Assembly (NCBI RefSeq): GCF_009914755.1
Contig: NC_060936.1
DNA from: the human T2T-CHM13v2.0 reference genome, Homo sapiens
Reading direction: 5' to 3' (one strand)
Length of the DNA: 64,000 bases
The notes beneath the pieces are model-generated. The model was not told the DNA's origin and did no database searches. It saw nothing but the letters and a program-made list of their open reading frames with translations. The position numbers were made by a program, and so were the translations under genes. Of the stretch, positions 12,360 to 25,408 are shown in pieces (within the stretch, counting starts at the first letter, position 1; each line of letters opens with the position of its first letter).

Positions 12360-12653
12360 TTTTTTTTTTTTTTTTTTTTTGAGACAGAGTATTGCTCTTG
12401 TCGCCCAGGCTGGAGTGCAGTGATGCAATCTCGGGTCATTACAACCTCCACCTCCCAGGTCCAAGCGATTCTCCTGAGTAGCTGGGATTGCAGGCATGTG
12501 CCACCATGCCCAGCTAATTTTTGTATTTTTAGTAGAGACGGGATTTCACCATGTTGGCCAGGCTGGTCTCTTAACTCCTCACTTTTCAAGTGGTCTGCCC
12601 ACCTTGGCCTTCCAGAGTATTGGAATTATAGGTGTGAGCCACCGCGCTTGACC
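12360..12653 (-). mobile_element. AluS with small internal deletion
   Basis: Poly(T) plus antisense Alu body; TSD a(a/g)aaaccccaaatctt at 12346-12361 and 12654-12669. Confidence 0.93.
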
Positions 12654-13574
12654 AGAAACCCCAAATCTTCACAGGCCTGCAAGGTCTTACATGATTATTG
12701 TTTGTCCCCTAACCCCACCTCAACAGCTTTTCCCTTTGTTCACTGTATTCCAGCTTCACTGGCCACCTTGTTATATCTCAGGCATGTCAGTCATGTCCCT
12801 GCCTTAGTTGCTCTAGGAGTTCCCTCAGACTAGAAGAGTCTTCTGCCAGATAATTAATATGACTATGTCCCTTATAGCCTTCAAATCTTCAGATCTGACC
12901 ACCTTAATGAAACCTAACTGACCACCCTATTTAATAATTATGCATCCAGTCTCCCCTCCCAGTTCCCCTCTAACATGGGCCATTGTTTATTTATTTATTC
13001 TGTTAATTGATTTTGTCTGTCCCCCTCCAATCCACCATCCTCAACCAGAAAGTAAGTTTCATGTTGTCAGTGATCTTGTTTTGCTCACTGATGTGTCGTA
13101 AGCTCCTAGAACAGTGCCAGGCATATAATAGGCACTCAGTAAATATTTGATGAATTTAAACTTTTGCAAATAGTTACTCAGTTTTCTTCTTGCCACACAA
13201 ATAAATGGGAAATTTATTTAAAATTTATTTAAAATTTAATTTATATTGGGAGCATGGTATTGAAGAATTTAAAGCATCTTGAGTTGAAATCAAGTAAAAG
13301 TAGAAAATTTTTAATCATGTTTTGTATATTGTGATATGTTGTGTTATTTATACTGTATTGCAAGAATACTGAGGGAAGGAGTCCTATCATATTTTACAGA
13401 CACACACACAAACACACACAGTCTTCATTTGCTTCTGTATAAGTCAGTAAACCCAAGTAAGGGAATTAGAAGTAAAGATGGTCATTTTACAGTTGGAGTC
13501 TTTGTTTTTCCTGAAATAAAATTAGAAATCTCTTTTTCTGGATTTCAAAATGTTTTCTTTTCCTCCTTATTCAG

Positions 13575-13636
13575 AAATCTCTACCCCAAATTTGCGTCAC
13601 CCTGGGCATCTTCACCTTGTCGACCTCAAGACATAG
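13575..13636 (+). CDS. CNOT2: CNOT2 exon 12, NLYPKFASPWASSPCRPQDI(D)
   Basis: ttattcag| acceptor, G|gtagga donor; 62 nt. Confidence 0.96.
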
Positions 13637-13725
13637 GTAGGAGAATCTATTTGTGTTTAGACCTTTTAAAAAGAAATTTACAATTGAGAATCAGTTAATA
13701 AGGCTTTTTTCATTTTATTATCCAG

Positions 13726-13775
13726 ACTTCCATGTTCCATCTGAGTACTTAACGAACATTCACATTAGGGATAAG
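13726..13775 (+). CDS. CNOT2: CNOT2 exon 13, FHVPSEYLTNIHIRDK
   Basis: tatccag| acceptor after an 89-nt intron, AAG|gtgagt donor; 50 nt. Confidence 0.96.
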
Positions 13776-15069
13776 GTGAGTGTAGTTTATTATTCTACTC
13801 AGTCAGCATGAATTTATCTATTTTTCACATGTTTTTCAGTTCAGGCAGCATACTATTTTTGAAATAATTAGTAATGGTCTCAGGGATATGCTTTCATATG
13901 TCCATGTTAACTTGTTAAATGGTAAATGTTAGGACTGGTAAAAAATAAAAATTCTTACATTTAACAACAGGTTACAACCATAACCGCAGTTGATGAGAAT
14001 AAACTAGATTGGAACATTTGATAAATATCCTTCTGATAATCTTATTTTATGACCTTACCAGTAAAAAGATTTTCGTTACAAGTATTACAGATACAGTGTT
14101 TTTAATGAGATGGTCTGTATCTTTAAAAACTATTTATGACCTTTGACTTTTCTCTGTATTTTTTCATTTCCATTTTTTTAAATCACCTAAAATTCTAATT
14201 CTAAAGTAGTTATTAACAACAGATTACAGCTTAATCTCTCTTTTTTCAATCTAAGAAAGAAAATAGTGGCACTTTTTGCTTTAGAAGAACTGAGAGTTTG
14301 TTTCTATTACCAAAAAATATTCACAATGGTACCTAAATTTTAGCCTTGGGAAACTACAATTTAGTGAAAAAATATATTTTTGTTATATATTTGTGTATAA
14401 ATATCTATGTGTATGTGTATATATACAACAGCATTCTGAGTGTGCCTTACAGTTCTGTGGTCAAGTGGATGTTGATGTGGACAGGCAAGTAAAGGGATAC
14501 CTTTCTCAATGTCTTCTAATACTTGAGTAGATAAAAGGCAAGAAATACAAGATGGAGAGGTCTCCTATTTTCTATTTGCGGATTGTGTGATTTGCTCCCA
14601 CCACCACTGTAGAGCTCTTTCGCTCCAATTACCAAAGTGTTCCAGAACCTTTTCTTATTACCAATTTGAGAAATACTAATTTAGGAGAATTTGTCACATT
14701 GGGGCTGCTGCCTGAATAGGGATAACATGAATGGAGAGAAAAATTACATTCAGAGAATGTGTAATAACCAAATAAGTATTTCGATATAGGATCAAATAAC
14801 GAGATAAAAATGTTGTTTTGGGACACTTTTAAGGTTTATTTAAATGTGAAAATTTGAGACTATTGAACCTATGTTTTACAGTTTGGTAAGCAGTTATGTT
14901 TCTACCTTGGGGAGAGAAATGTAAAGCAATCATCTTTCAGACATCTATTTAAACAAACTGAAAAGCCATTTCTTTATGATTTTTGTATTCATCATCTGTG
15001 ATTTGCTGAAAGCATACAACTGACTTGTGAATCATTCACTGTCAGATATAGATTCAGTTTAACATTTTT

Positions 15070-15270
15070 TATAAGCCGTCTATATATTTGGCACTCTACA
15101 AGGTGCTTTCATATACCTTCACTCATTTTATTTACTTTCTTAGTAACCCTCATAGGTGTCATTGTCCACATTTGACAAGTAAAGCTAAGAGATGTTAAAT
15201 AACTAGGACACAGTCATATTAATGAGTAATAAAACCAGGACTTGAATACAAGTCCTAGATCTCTGAGCAC
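15070..15270 (-). mobile_element. MIR
   Basis: cattgtccacatttgacaagtaaagctaagagatgttaaataact..cacag core-like sequence. Confidence 0.55.
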
Positions 15271-15595
15271 AATGCTATTGTTAGGTTCTTTTCCCCATTG
15301 GGTATTAAATCCTTTTAGTGGATCTTGCTTGGAAGTCTTTATTGAGCTTTTCTTCCAGTCAGCATATCAATTAGATGTATCAGAAATAATTGTTTAAATG
15401 ACTTCAGTCATTTAAATGAGGAAATTCCCTTTTAGAATCTTAACTACCTATCTGTGTAATCATGTAATAACAGTTATCTACTACAAAGTGGGGAGTTTCT
15501 GTTTATCTCTCCATTTTTTCTTTAGTAGTAGCAACTATATATTAGGATTTGCAGATTTGTTTTATATTTCAGAATAAGTTATTTTTCTTTTTCAG

Positions 15596-15696
15596 CTGGC
15601 TGCAATAAAACTTGGCCGATATGGTGAAGACCTTCTCTTCTATCTCTATTACATGAATGGAGGAGACGTATTACAACTTTTAGCTGCAGTGGAGCT
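15596..15696 (+). CDS. CNOT2: CNOT2 exon 14, LAAIKLGRYGEDLLFYLYYMNGGDVLQLLAAVE(L) (NOT-box start)
   Basis: tttttcag| acceptor, CT|gtatgt donor; 101 nt; NOT2/3/5 LFYLYY motif. Confidence 0.97.
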
Positions 15697-15914
15697 GTAT
15701 GTTCAAAGTATTTTAATCACTTTTGTATTATAGTGGATCTTGACTATGCTGAAAACATCTTTAAGTGATGATGGCTATCTTTAAATGGAACTATTTCTCC
15801 ATCAAGAAATTTATTTTTACATTATTAAAGTGAATTTAATTTAGATTAAAACCGTATCTTAACCATGGCTTCATAATCTATATACCTAAAAAGAATTTCA
15901 AACTTAATGCTGAA

Positions 15915-16205
15915 GCTGGGTGCAGTGGCTCACACTTGTAATCCCAGCACTTTGGTGAGGTGGACAGATCACTTGAGGCCAGAAGTTAGGGACAGCCTGG
16001 GCAACACAGCAAACCACATTTCTACAAAAAATAAAGGAAAATATTAGCTAGGTGTGGTGGCACACATCTATATAGTCCTAGCTACTTGGGAGGCTACAGC
16101 AGGAGGATCGCTTGAGCCCAGGAGTTTGAGGTGTCAGTGAGCTATGATTGTGCCATTGCACTCTAGTGTGGCTGACAGTGCAAGACCCTGTCTCTAAAAA
16201 TAACT
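15915..16205 (+). mobile_element. AluJ
   Basis: Dimeric Alu with J-type gagcccaggagtttgag..tgagctatgattgtgccattgcac. Confidence 0.9.
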
Positions 16206-17647
16206 AATAAGTGCCAAATTTGTAAGAAGACAGAATTGACATAACTCATGGATTTGGTGAATCTAATTTTTGTAAATATGTGAATTATATGATATTCATG
16301 ACTATGTTTTTTATTCCTTGTGGAACCATATGTATAAATAATTCGATACTGAATTTAATCATTTCATAAACATTATTACTTATAAGCAAGGCAGTGTGCA
16401 TATTTGTTGTACGTTTTGAAGTGCTGATTAAAGTCCACATTTTCATTATCAGCAGTCTATTGGCCAGTTTAAACAAATATTAATGTAAAGAAATTGGTTC
16501 ATTGATATTTTTTCCCTGAGCAGTTCTGTATTTACCTGATGCTCTAAAATTAAGTTTTCTGTCGTTACTCAAATGTACAGTTGGCAACACATTTTGTTAT
16601 CAATAGACAATTATGTTTACTATAGAGTAAACTATTAGTAATTATTTATGACCTTATGATTGGGAGACCTTTTCACAAATTTAAGTATTTCATAACATTT
16701 CTAATAACATTTCTATAAATGGCTTTGGATCAAATAGTTTAAAGTATATAATTCAGTATGTTGATAATGAATTGTTTCGTTTCATTTCACAACTGAGAGG
16801 ATTTTTCCCTTATGTTTTTCCTTCATTTTTGTGAGAATAGAGATTATTACCTGTTGTTCCTTTTAATTGTTCATAAGTAAATAAATACATTCAGGCACTC
16901 ATTCATCTATCACTGGCAGTTCTGTTTTCATATTTTATTTATGTCTTAAAAACTACCTCATGACGTTGGTAGGAAAGCATTTCTTTACATGGAGGTTTAT
17001 TTTGTGGGACATTACCTCCTCTGGATGTTACTTCCTCAGTTTACAAGTAGTGTAAATTCTCATTGATTCTTTTATGAATTGTAATGGATTTTCTCTTAGC
17101 TTTTGAGAATTTAGAATCTGAAATTTGAATAAAAAGTAAATATATTCAGTATAATTTTTCAAAATGCTCTAGTTTCAAGATAGTTAAAAAATTATGTGGA
17201 ATTTACATAATTAATTCAAATATAGTTTGTATTTAGTTCCTTATCAAATAATGCAAATAGTTGGAGATACCTCAATTTCTTTTGAGTGTTAAGAAGAGCA
17301 AGAAAGGAGTGAAGTTTTTGCAACACATTGTGTCTTTATTTGGTCTGCCTATGTTTTTATCACATTGCTTATAAAACTTTTAAAATCCTTGTTTGTATAA
17401 AAAGTTTCTTTAGTTAAATAAAAGTGTGTGTATTAATTAGTGTGCCTTCTGGACAAATTAAGAAATATTTTTTCTATATTTCAATGCGGTTGTATTTAAT
17501 AACTTATAATAAATGAGTAGGAAGCATTCATATTTATTTATTTTATGTGTAATTTTTTTTTTCCGGAGGAAAGCTTTACAAAATGTAGAACATGTTTGAT
17601 GTAAGCCACAGGAAAAAGTTAATTATCTTTTCTTTTAAAAATTGAAG

Positions 17648-17792
17648 TTTTAACCGTGATTGGAGATACCACAAAGAAGAACGAGTATGGATTACCAGGG
17701 CACCAGGCATGGAGCCAACAATGAAAACCAATACCTATGAGAGGGGAACATATTACTTCTTTGACTGTCTTAACTGGAGGAAAGTAGCTAAG
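17648..17792 (+). CDS. CNOT2: CNOT2 exon 15, FNRDWRYHKEERVWITRAPGMEPTMKTNTYERGTYYFFDCLNWRKVAK (NOT-box)
   Basis: attgaag| acceptor, AAG|gtatat donor; 145 nt; NOT-box WRYHK and GTYYFFD motifs. Confidence 0.97.
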
Positions 17793-18819
17793 GTATATTT
17801 CTTTCCATGTGCAAATGTATAAATCTAAACTTGAAAAAAGAAGTGTCCTCTTTTATCTGTTTATAAGTACCAATACATCCAGTTCCAGTAATGTGCCACA
17901 TATTTGCCAACTGTTTAATTCCATCTCCTTGGCTTGACACTCTTAGAAGAGTGTCCCAAAACAATTGGTTTCACTGATAGTTACATTATTGAATTTGGTA
18001 AGAGGTTTTGTAATTTTGCATAAGCCTTGGTAACATTTGAAATATTTTTTGTGTCTACTGCTTTGTAAAATAAAGATACTCTCTTGCAACCCCAGTCATA
18101 TATTTTTATATTTTTGTAACTTTAAGCAAGGATGAGATTTTTCTAAAAGCAGTATATAAACAGGCTTTTTACACTTGGACTAGTTGCAGGAAATACATCT
18201 GAATGTTTATTTGCAAGTAATTTTAAGAAAGAAAATTACAGGCGTTAACTATGACTATTTCTGTGACTATTTTGCTAAATATTGGGGAGAAATCGGCTAT
18301 GGAGAAATGTTGATTATTTTATTTTGGTTTTGCAACTTTTCCTCACTTAAACGCCTTTCTAACCGTCCCATGTGCAAAATTTTCATCAGTGTCAATGCAT
18401 ATTTCATACCTGCATTTAGTACGTTGTGTTTATTTAGTCTGCCTAGTAGAGAATATATTATTCTCTACATGTGGAGAGAATATATTCTCTCCACTCTATA
18501 TATTATTCTCCACATTATCTGATTTCACAACTCCATGATTTTTCTGATACATTTTCCATCAATGATTCTGAGGTTTATAATTAAAGAGTTAAATTTGTTT
18601 GTTTTAAATAAATTTAAACAGCAGAAAAATGTTTCTGACAGTTCTTTGGACAATTTTTTAGTTGTCAATTTGTTTTTTTGTTTGTTTGTAGTTTTGAATC
18701 TGCTTTACTAAAATGATTATTTAAAAAGGTAAAACATTTTAAGAAGACAATGTAAAATGCCTACCAGATATTTATCACAAAAATTTTTACATCCCAAGAT
18801 TTCATATAAAACTCAAAAA

Positions 18820-19129
<310 letters not shown>

Positions 19130-19389
19130 CTAACAGACAACACCAAATAAGATCCACATAAGAAATTAAATCTTTTTTTTTAGATGTTTCTCAGTGGTAA
19201 ATGTCTTTACTTCTCAGACCAAGTCCACATACTGTATTTTGTATCTGAATTATTTTAACAGTTCCAATTCATGTGACTATTGTGTTTTCAGAAGGTGTAT
19301 TTATGAGTTAACCTTCTAGTTAAATAATCACATTAATTAAAAATAGTGCCTGAGCTATTGTATATGTTACCTGCTTTTTAAGATATGTA

Positions 19390-19615
19390 GTATACAGTAG
19401 AAAGCTATAGCCTTTGTATCATGGATTTGAATTTAACTCCTATTGCTGTTATTTATGCTTTGACCTTCTACAATTTTCTTTTTCATGCCTGTTTCCTCTT
19501 TTGTAAAATTGAGGTGAGATTTTCCTCTAAGTTTTTATGAAGATTAAATGAGATTTCATATATGTTTATATACACACACACATGCTGATTACAGTGCTTG
19601 GCACACGTTGGGTAT
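19390..19615 (+). mobile_element. MIR
   Basis: tgtttcctcttttgtaaaattgagg..gattaaatgaga..acagtgcttggcacac. Confidence 0.6.
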
Positions 19616-19729
19616 TTGATACATGGTGGTGGTTGTACTAGTTTACTGCTATTGTTTTTATCATCGTTATTATAGCTACTGTTTTTGCAAGGATGAAAAA
19701 ATTAGAGCTGATTGTTAATTAGGTTAGGT

Positions 19730-19930
19730 CATTGGTTCTCAAACTATAGCTTGTATCAGAATTACCTGGAAAACTTGTTAAAACACAAATTTCTGGACCA
19801 TACCTCCATCATTTATGATTTAGTGAGTCTGTGGGTGGGGCCTGAGAATTGCATTTCTAACAAGCTCCTAAGTGACGGTAGTAATGACATGCTGGTCTTG
19901 GTCCAGAACTATATTTAAAGAACCTGTGGA
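19730..19930. mobile_element. MER5A (hAT-Charlie)
   Basis: tggttctcaaac..tcagaattacctgg..ttgttaaaacaca..gtggggcctgagaattgcatttctaacaagctcc. Confidence 0.8.
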
Positions 19931-21185
19931 TTAGGTGATGCTACAGGAGTCAAAAACATCTTTGGAAGAAGAAAAAAATTTTATTAGGAAAGAACTGAAG
20001 TTTTCTCCATTCAATTTGAACATTTTTGCTCAATATTATTGTAAATTATTCCAAACTTACATATGTAAAAAGGGGTGGATATTTTCAGTAAACAGCTACA
20101 TAATTTTAGTTAAATTTTGTTAGATATATGTATGAAGAAATCAATTTGTGAGAAAATCAGCTTTCCAGAATTAAGTTCTCCTCATGAAGTTAAATATTTA
20201 GAAAACAATGTTAACATTAATGTAGGACTCCTTTAATTTCCAGCAAAAGCAATTCCTCAGTCAGGTAAATGTCATTTTAAAGAAAATTGTATCTATTTAA
20301 ATATGGATTTACATATTTTTTATATATTATATATAAAACATAATTTAGCTCAGTTTTATCTATCGTGTACAGTTGAGCTTTTGTCTTTATCTTTAAATTT
20401 TTTAACTGTGATGTGAAAAATGTGAGAAATAATATCATTAAGTTACTCCCTCAGAAATCTCTTTCAAGGTAATAGTTTGTTGGTACCTTGCACTGACACG
20501 CTTTAAAATTATTTTCATAGTAATGAAAACAGGCAGAATTGTTGGTATTAAGATATTAATGAGCAGCTCACTCTTGGTTATATTAAAATACAAATTCATG
20601 CACTTAAAATTTTGAAGTTGCAGTATATTAACGGGATAAATTTTTCAAAAAATTCTTTAAAGGATGTGTTCAGTGCTTTCCCAGAATATTGATTAGTAAT
20701 TAAGAAATCTGGGACCTGTTCATAAGTATATTTATTAACAGCCTTCATCAAATTATAGAAAATCCATTAACATGTCATGTCACAAGTTGAGTCCCCATCT
20801 GTAAAGTGGGTGTGCCTTACTATTCACAGTTAAAGAACGTATATTAAATAACCTCAATTCACTGTAAGAAGCCTACAGTATGAATTAACATTTTAAATAA
20901 TAGCTGATATTATGGTGTTCTTGAAAGGTACTGAACTGGTCTACACCATAATCCTGGAGTCCATTCATAATATTTTATGTCCATTCATAATATTTTGTAT
21001 GAGCATTTTTCCCCAAATCACTTACTATTTTCAGATAATTGTAATATTAAATAAGGGATTAGATAATCTAAACCAGAAGTATTTCTTATCCTCTAAAAAT
21101 TTTGTGACCCTGAGTTCTAGAATCCAATCCATTATTTATTTACATAATTTCCTGTAAATAATATATACATTAAAATGTTGACATT

Positions 21186-21480
21186 GGTTGGGCATGGTGG
21201 CTCATGCCTGTAATCCTAACACTTTGGGAGAATGAGGCAAGACGATCACTTGAAGCTGGGAGTTTAAGATCAGCCTGGGCAACATAGCAAGACTCTGTCT
21301 CTATAGAAAGAGAGAGAGAGAGAAACATAGCCAGGTGTGGTGGTATGCTCCTGCAGTCCTAGCTACTTGGGAGGCTGAGGTAGGAGGATTGCTTGAGCCC
21401 AGGAGTTCAAGGTTGCAGTGAGCTGTGATTGCATCACTATACTCCAGCCCAGGTGACAGAGCCAGATCCTATTTTTTTTT
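21186..21480 (+). mobile_element. AluJ with (AG)n linker and T-rich 3' tail
   Basis: Sense Alu body with J-type right arm. Confidence 0.88.
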
Positions 21481-21955
21481 TTAATTTAACATTGTATTTT
21501 GCTTATTCTTTCCTTTTATATACTCATTAACTTTTTAGCAGGCCATGTTCTCCTGTGTCGTTTTGCTGGAATTACTCATATTTTACTAATTTTAAATTTG
21601 CAGCAATTCAGATAGTATATATAATCTTCATGCATTAAATTTTTAAAATAATTTCTTCCACAGTTAATTTTTAGGTGATAGAGGCTGCCTTATTATCAGT
21701 AGCTTTCTCAAAGACTTAAAATTTAAGAATTCTTTCGGCCTAATTTGACCTCGTGGATCTATCAGGATTTCTAACAGTTAAGATTTTTTATGTCACAGTC
21801 TGATATAAATGTGATTTTTCATTAATTTCACAGTTACATATTAGTACATCCTTATACTTTAGTAATGTGTACTTTTCTTCAAAGATTATTTCTAATAACT
21901 GTATTTAAGATAGTTTGCTACTTCCTAAAATTTAAGTTAATATGGATTTATTATA

Positions 21956-22306
21956 CAGGTTGAGCATTCTGATTCAAAAATCTAAAACCTGAATACTCCA
22001 AAATCTGTAACTTCTGAATGCCAACATGGTGTCACAAGTGGAAAATTCCATACCTGACACCTTTGCTTTCTGATGGTTCAGTGTACAGTGTAAACAAACC
22101 TTATTTTCTGCACAAAATATTAGTAACATTGTATAAAATTACCCTCAGGGTATGTGAATAAGGTATATATAAAACATAAATGAATTTCATGGTTAGACTT
22201 GGGTCCCATCCCCAAGATACCTCATTTTATATGTATAAATATTCCAAAATCCAAACACTTCTGTTCCCAGAATAAGCAAAATCTCAGATAAGAGATACTC
22301 AACATG
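21956..22306. mobile_element. Tigger4b/MER46-like MITE (TcMar-Tigger)
   Basis: TA|caggttgagcatt...gatactcaacatg|TA terminal inverted repeats with TA target duplication. Confidence 0.85.
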
Positions 22307-23619
22307 TAGGTAAGAGAAAGCTGACATTTCATGAGAATTTGAGAAAACACCTCTGCAGTGTGTGTTTCTCTACATAACTAGATCAGTGATTACATTAATG
22401 TTTTTGTAATATTATTTGACTATATGAATCCATTGCATTCAGTTTTGCTTGAATTGAACAAGTAACCTTTGGAGAATACATAGCCTAATTTTATTAATAG
22501 AAGAACTAAGGTATGAAAAAGTTGTCTAAAAAGTATTTGGAACTCTTTCTAGCCTTTGCAATCATATTATAATCTAGAAATCCTTTTTTTTCCACTAAAA
22601 GCAAATATATACATAGACCCTCTAATGTATCATTTGATAATATTAGAAAAATTAAATGTTTTGTTCCTAAAACAAAGGAAGAAAGCTTGTGTTTATTCAT
22701 CATATATTAATTACACATCCATTAGGGGCTTGGCACTATTCCAAGTTGTAGGTAGTAGTATACAAAGTAGATAGACACTTGCTCCTACAGAATGTATGAG
22801 GTTGTGCATGTGTGTAGTATGTGTGTGTATATATAACAAACATGTAAATGGTGTTACCAGTAATCAAAGTAACTTATGTATTTTAAGAAGAATAAAAGTA
22901 CGTGGAAAACAAGATTTTAAAACGTGGAAGGCAAAATTTTACCTATGTAATTTCTAAATCTCTGATCTCTATATCAAAATTTCTAAATCTCTATATCAAA
23001 ATTATTTACGCTGCTTAGGTTTAAACTATATTTTTCTGGGGGAAAATGTACATTGATAAAGTTAATCTAGTTTGAATTCCTAGTCATACATTGTAGTTCA
23101 TCAATGTGAAAAATTTTAGTTAACTTACTCAGTATAACTTACCACTTTGTGGAAGTTACAATTAGACTTTTTTTCCCTGTAACTACACATTTTGAAAACA
23201 AAAATGCCAATTTTAATTTCAGAAGAATGATAACAAATTTTCTTCACGAATTCAGATAGTCAACTTGAACCAAGCAATAAAATTATTTTAATTCCTAGCT
23301 AGGGCTGGGAGAGGGGGAGTAGTGCTACACAGTGTATTAGGGCAGGATGTCATGGTTGTGGTGGTGATTCTGGTGTTTGCTAATTTTTACTGATAAGCAA
23401 ATAACCTCTGTGTCTTAATTACTGTACCAGTCACATGAAGGCAACCTTTTCAGGCTAAAGTCACCATGGTGTACCTTCTTTATAAACTCTCAGGGGACTG
23501 ATTTTTTTTTTCCTTTTTCTTCACCTTATACCAAGAGAGAAGGGGACTGAATTCTTTCAGCATTTCTGGATTGCCTTGTAATGAAGTAAATGAATCTGTT
23601 TTGGATCTTGGACTAAAAA

Positions 23620-23870
23620 TATTAAAAATAATGTGTTACACTACAAAAGACACAGGCTTTTTGTCACATGGAGGCTTTTTGTCACATGGGTCTGGATCCT
23701 AATGCTAGGTGTGCCGCTTACTGTATGACTTGTCCAAGTTACTTGTAAGCCTCATTTTCTTCAGGTACAAAATGAAAATAATGATATCTGCTTTACAGAA
23801 TTATTACAAAGATTAGAATAAAATTAGCTGTATCTCTAATTTTAGCACATACTAGGCTTTCAATAAATTC
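23620..23870 (+). mobile_element. MIR containing an 18-nt tandem duplication (aggctttttgtcacatgg x2, 23654-23689)
   Basis: tgacttgtccaagttacttgtaagcctcattttcttcaggtacaaaatgaaaataat MIR core. Confidence 0.65.
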
Positions 23871-24524
23871 TGCTGTTAGGTCTGTAATATCTTTAAATTT
23901 ATTTAAGTGTAATATCTTTAAATTTTAAATACTTGGTGTTCCATCTTAAAATTTGGTCATTATAGTCTAGGTTTTCATTTTAATTTAATAATGGAAATAC
24001 TCATCATGGAATCAGTTTGAAACCAGACAGATAAGGTAAAATATGTTAACCCATGGTAGCTAATGTCACTTGTTGCCTTAATCTTTAATACATAATACAT
24101 ATTAAGCTTCATAATTCTTTAAGTTGGATTATGCAGTAATTTGTGCTAATTCAGATGGTAGAATTGGTAAGAGGCTTTTAGAGCCTCTTGCTTATTGGGG
24201 TTGCAGAGGTATTTGTTGTTTGCATTTTTTTCTAATATACATAGCTATTCTGCATCTCTATTCTTGATCTTGGGTGGGAAGTATCATGAAGAAATTATGT
24301 CACCATTCTTAAATTTTAAAACTCATGAAGTTAATACAGTATTTTGAAAGTTTGATTAAAGTGAGCTGCTATCTAGTTTTCAAATGTTCCTACAGCAGAA
24401 CCATTGTCTAGTTTTCGGTGGCAGTTGATTTATATTTGAGTCAGGGTTTTGGGTTTGTGAAATGCAAGTCTAGTGATGTGTGAGTTTTAAGTTCATTATT
24501 TTCCCCAGATTTTAATGAGGTTAG

Positions 24525-24843
<319 letters not shown>

Positions 24844-25297
24844 CTGCTTATTTTTTAATATAAATGTAATAAAGACAATTTGGAAAATTATTTCTAAACT
24901 TTTTTCATGGACAAAATCTTTAGGTTTTTATACTTCGTTGAAGGGGGCTTTATTTTAAATATCCTGTAATTTCCAGTGATTCAGAGATACAGTAATTGCC
25001 CCCTCTTTTTTTAAGTTAAAAACAATACACAACATTTCAGTGTCAAGTGGTCCATTAGTAGTCTCTTGACTTACACACAGAAAGCCTGTCTGTATTTTTT
25101 GTACTCATTGGTTAGAAACTACAGCACATTATTTTTCTTCAAGCTGTATTTTATGTAGAGGAAAAACAGTTGGTATATCTGTGTTGATGTTGATTCATAT
25201 ATATTGGGTATTTTATTTATTTTTATAGTAAAATGTATTTTGACAAATGTAAAATGAAAAGGGGAAGATATCTAAATTCTTGAATTTGTTTTTATAG

Positions 25298-25384
25298 GAG
25301 TTCCATCTGGAATATGACAAATTAGAAGAACGGCCTCACCTGCCATCCACCTTCAACTACAACCCTGCTCAGCAAGCCTTCTAA
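25298..25384 (+). CDS. CNOT2: CNOT2 terminal coding exon 16, EFHLEYDKLEERPHLPSTFNYNPAQQAF*
   Basis: ttttatag| acceptor; 87 nt ending in TAA 25382-25384; matches the recalled CNOT2 C-terminus. Confidence 0.97.
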   Translation, partial: EFHLEYDKLEERPHLPSTFNYNPAQQAF

Positions 25385-25408
25385 AAAAAAAAAAAAAAAA
25401 AAAAAAAA
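25383..25408 (+). repeat. A26 mononucleotide tract overlapping the CNOT2 stop codon
   Basis: TTC T + 26 A + GAC read directly. Confidence 0.97.

Larger units (their letters stand above)
10330..13156 (+). mobile_element. Long degenerate L2 element interrupted by a microsatellite and an Alu (5' boundary uncertain)
   Basis: L2 ORF2 hallmark gctgcttttatcaaggtcaccaaatgaccttcatgtt (~11650) and L2 3' end cctagaacagtgccaggcatataataggcactcagtaaatatttgatgaat (~13105-13155). Confidence 0.7.

Noticed and set aside
16950-17045. Two small hairpins (CTACC..GGTAG; GGAGGT..ACCTCC) as an intronic H/ACA snoRNA or miRNA
   Set aside because: Stems are only 5-6 bp, with no properly placed H box or ACA tail and no pre-miRNA-length stem
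25383-25408. Poly(A) after the stop as evidence of a processed pseudogene
   Set aside because: The gene has all its introns, and unique UTR with poly(A) signals continues after the tract
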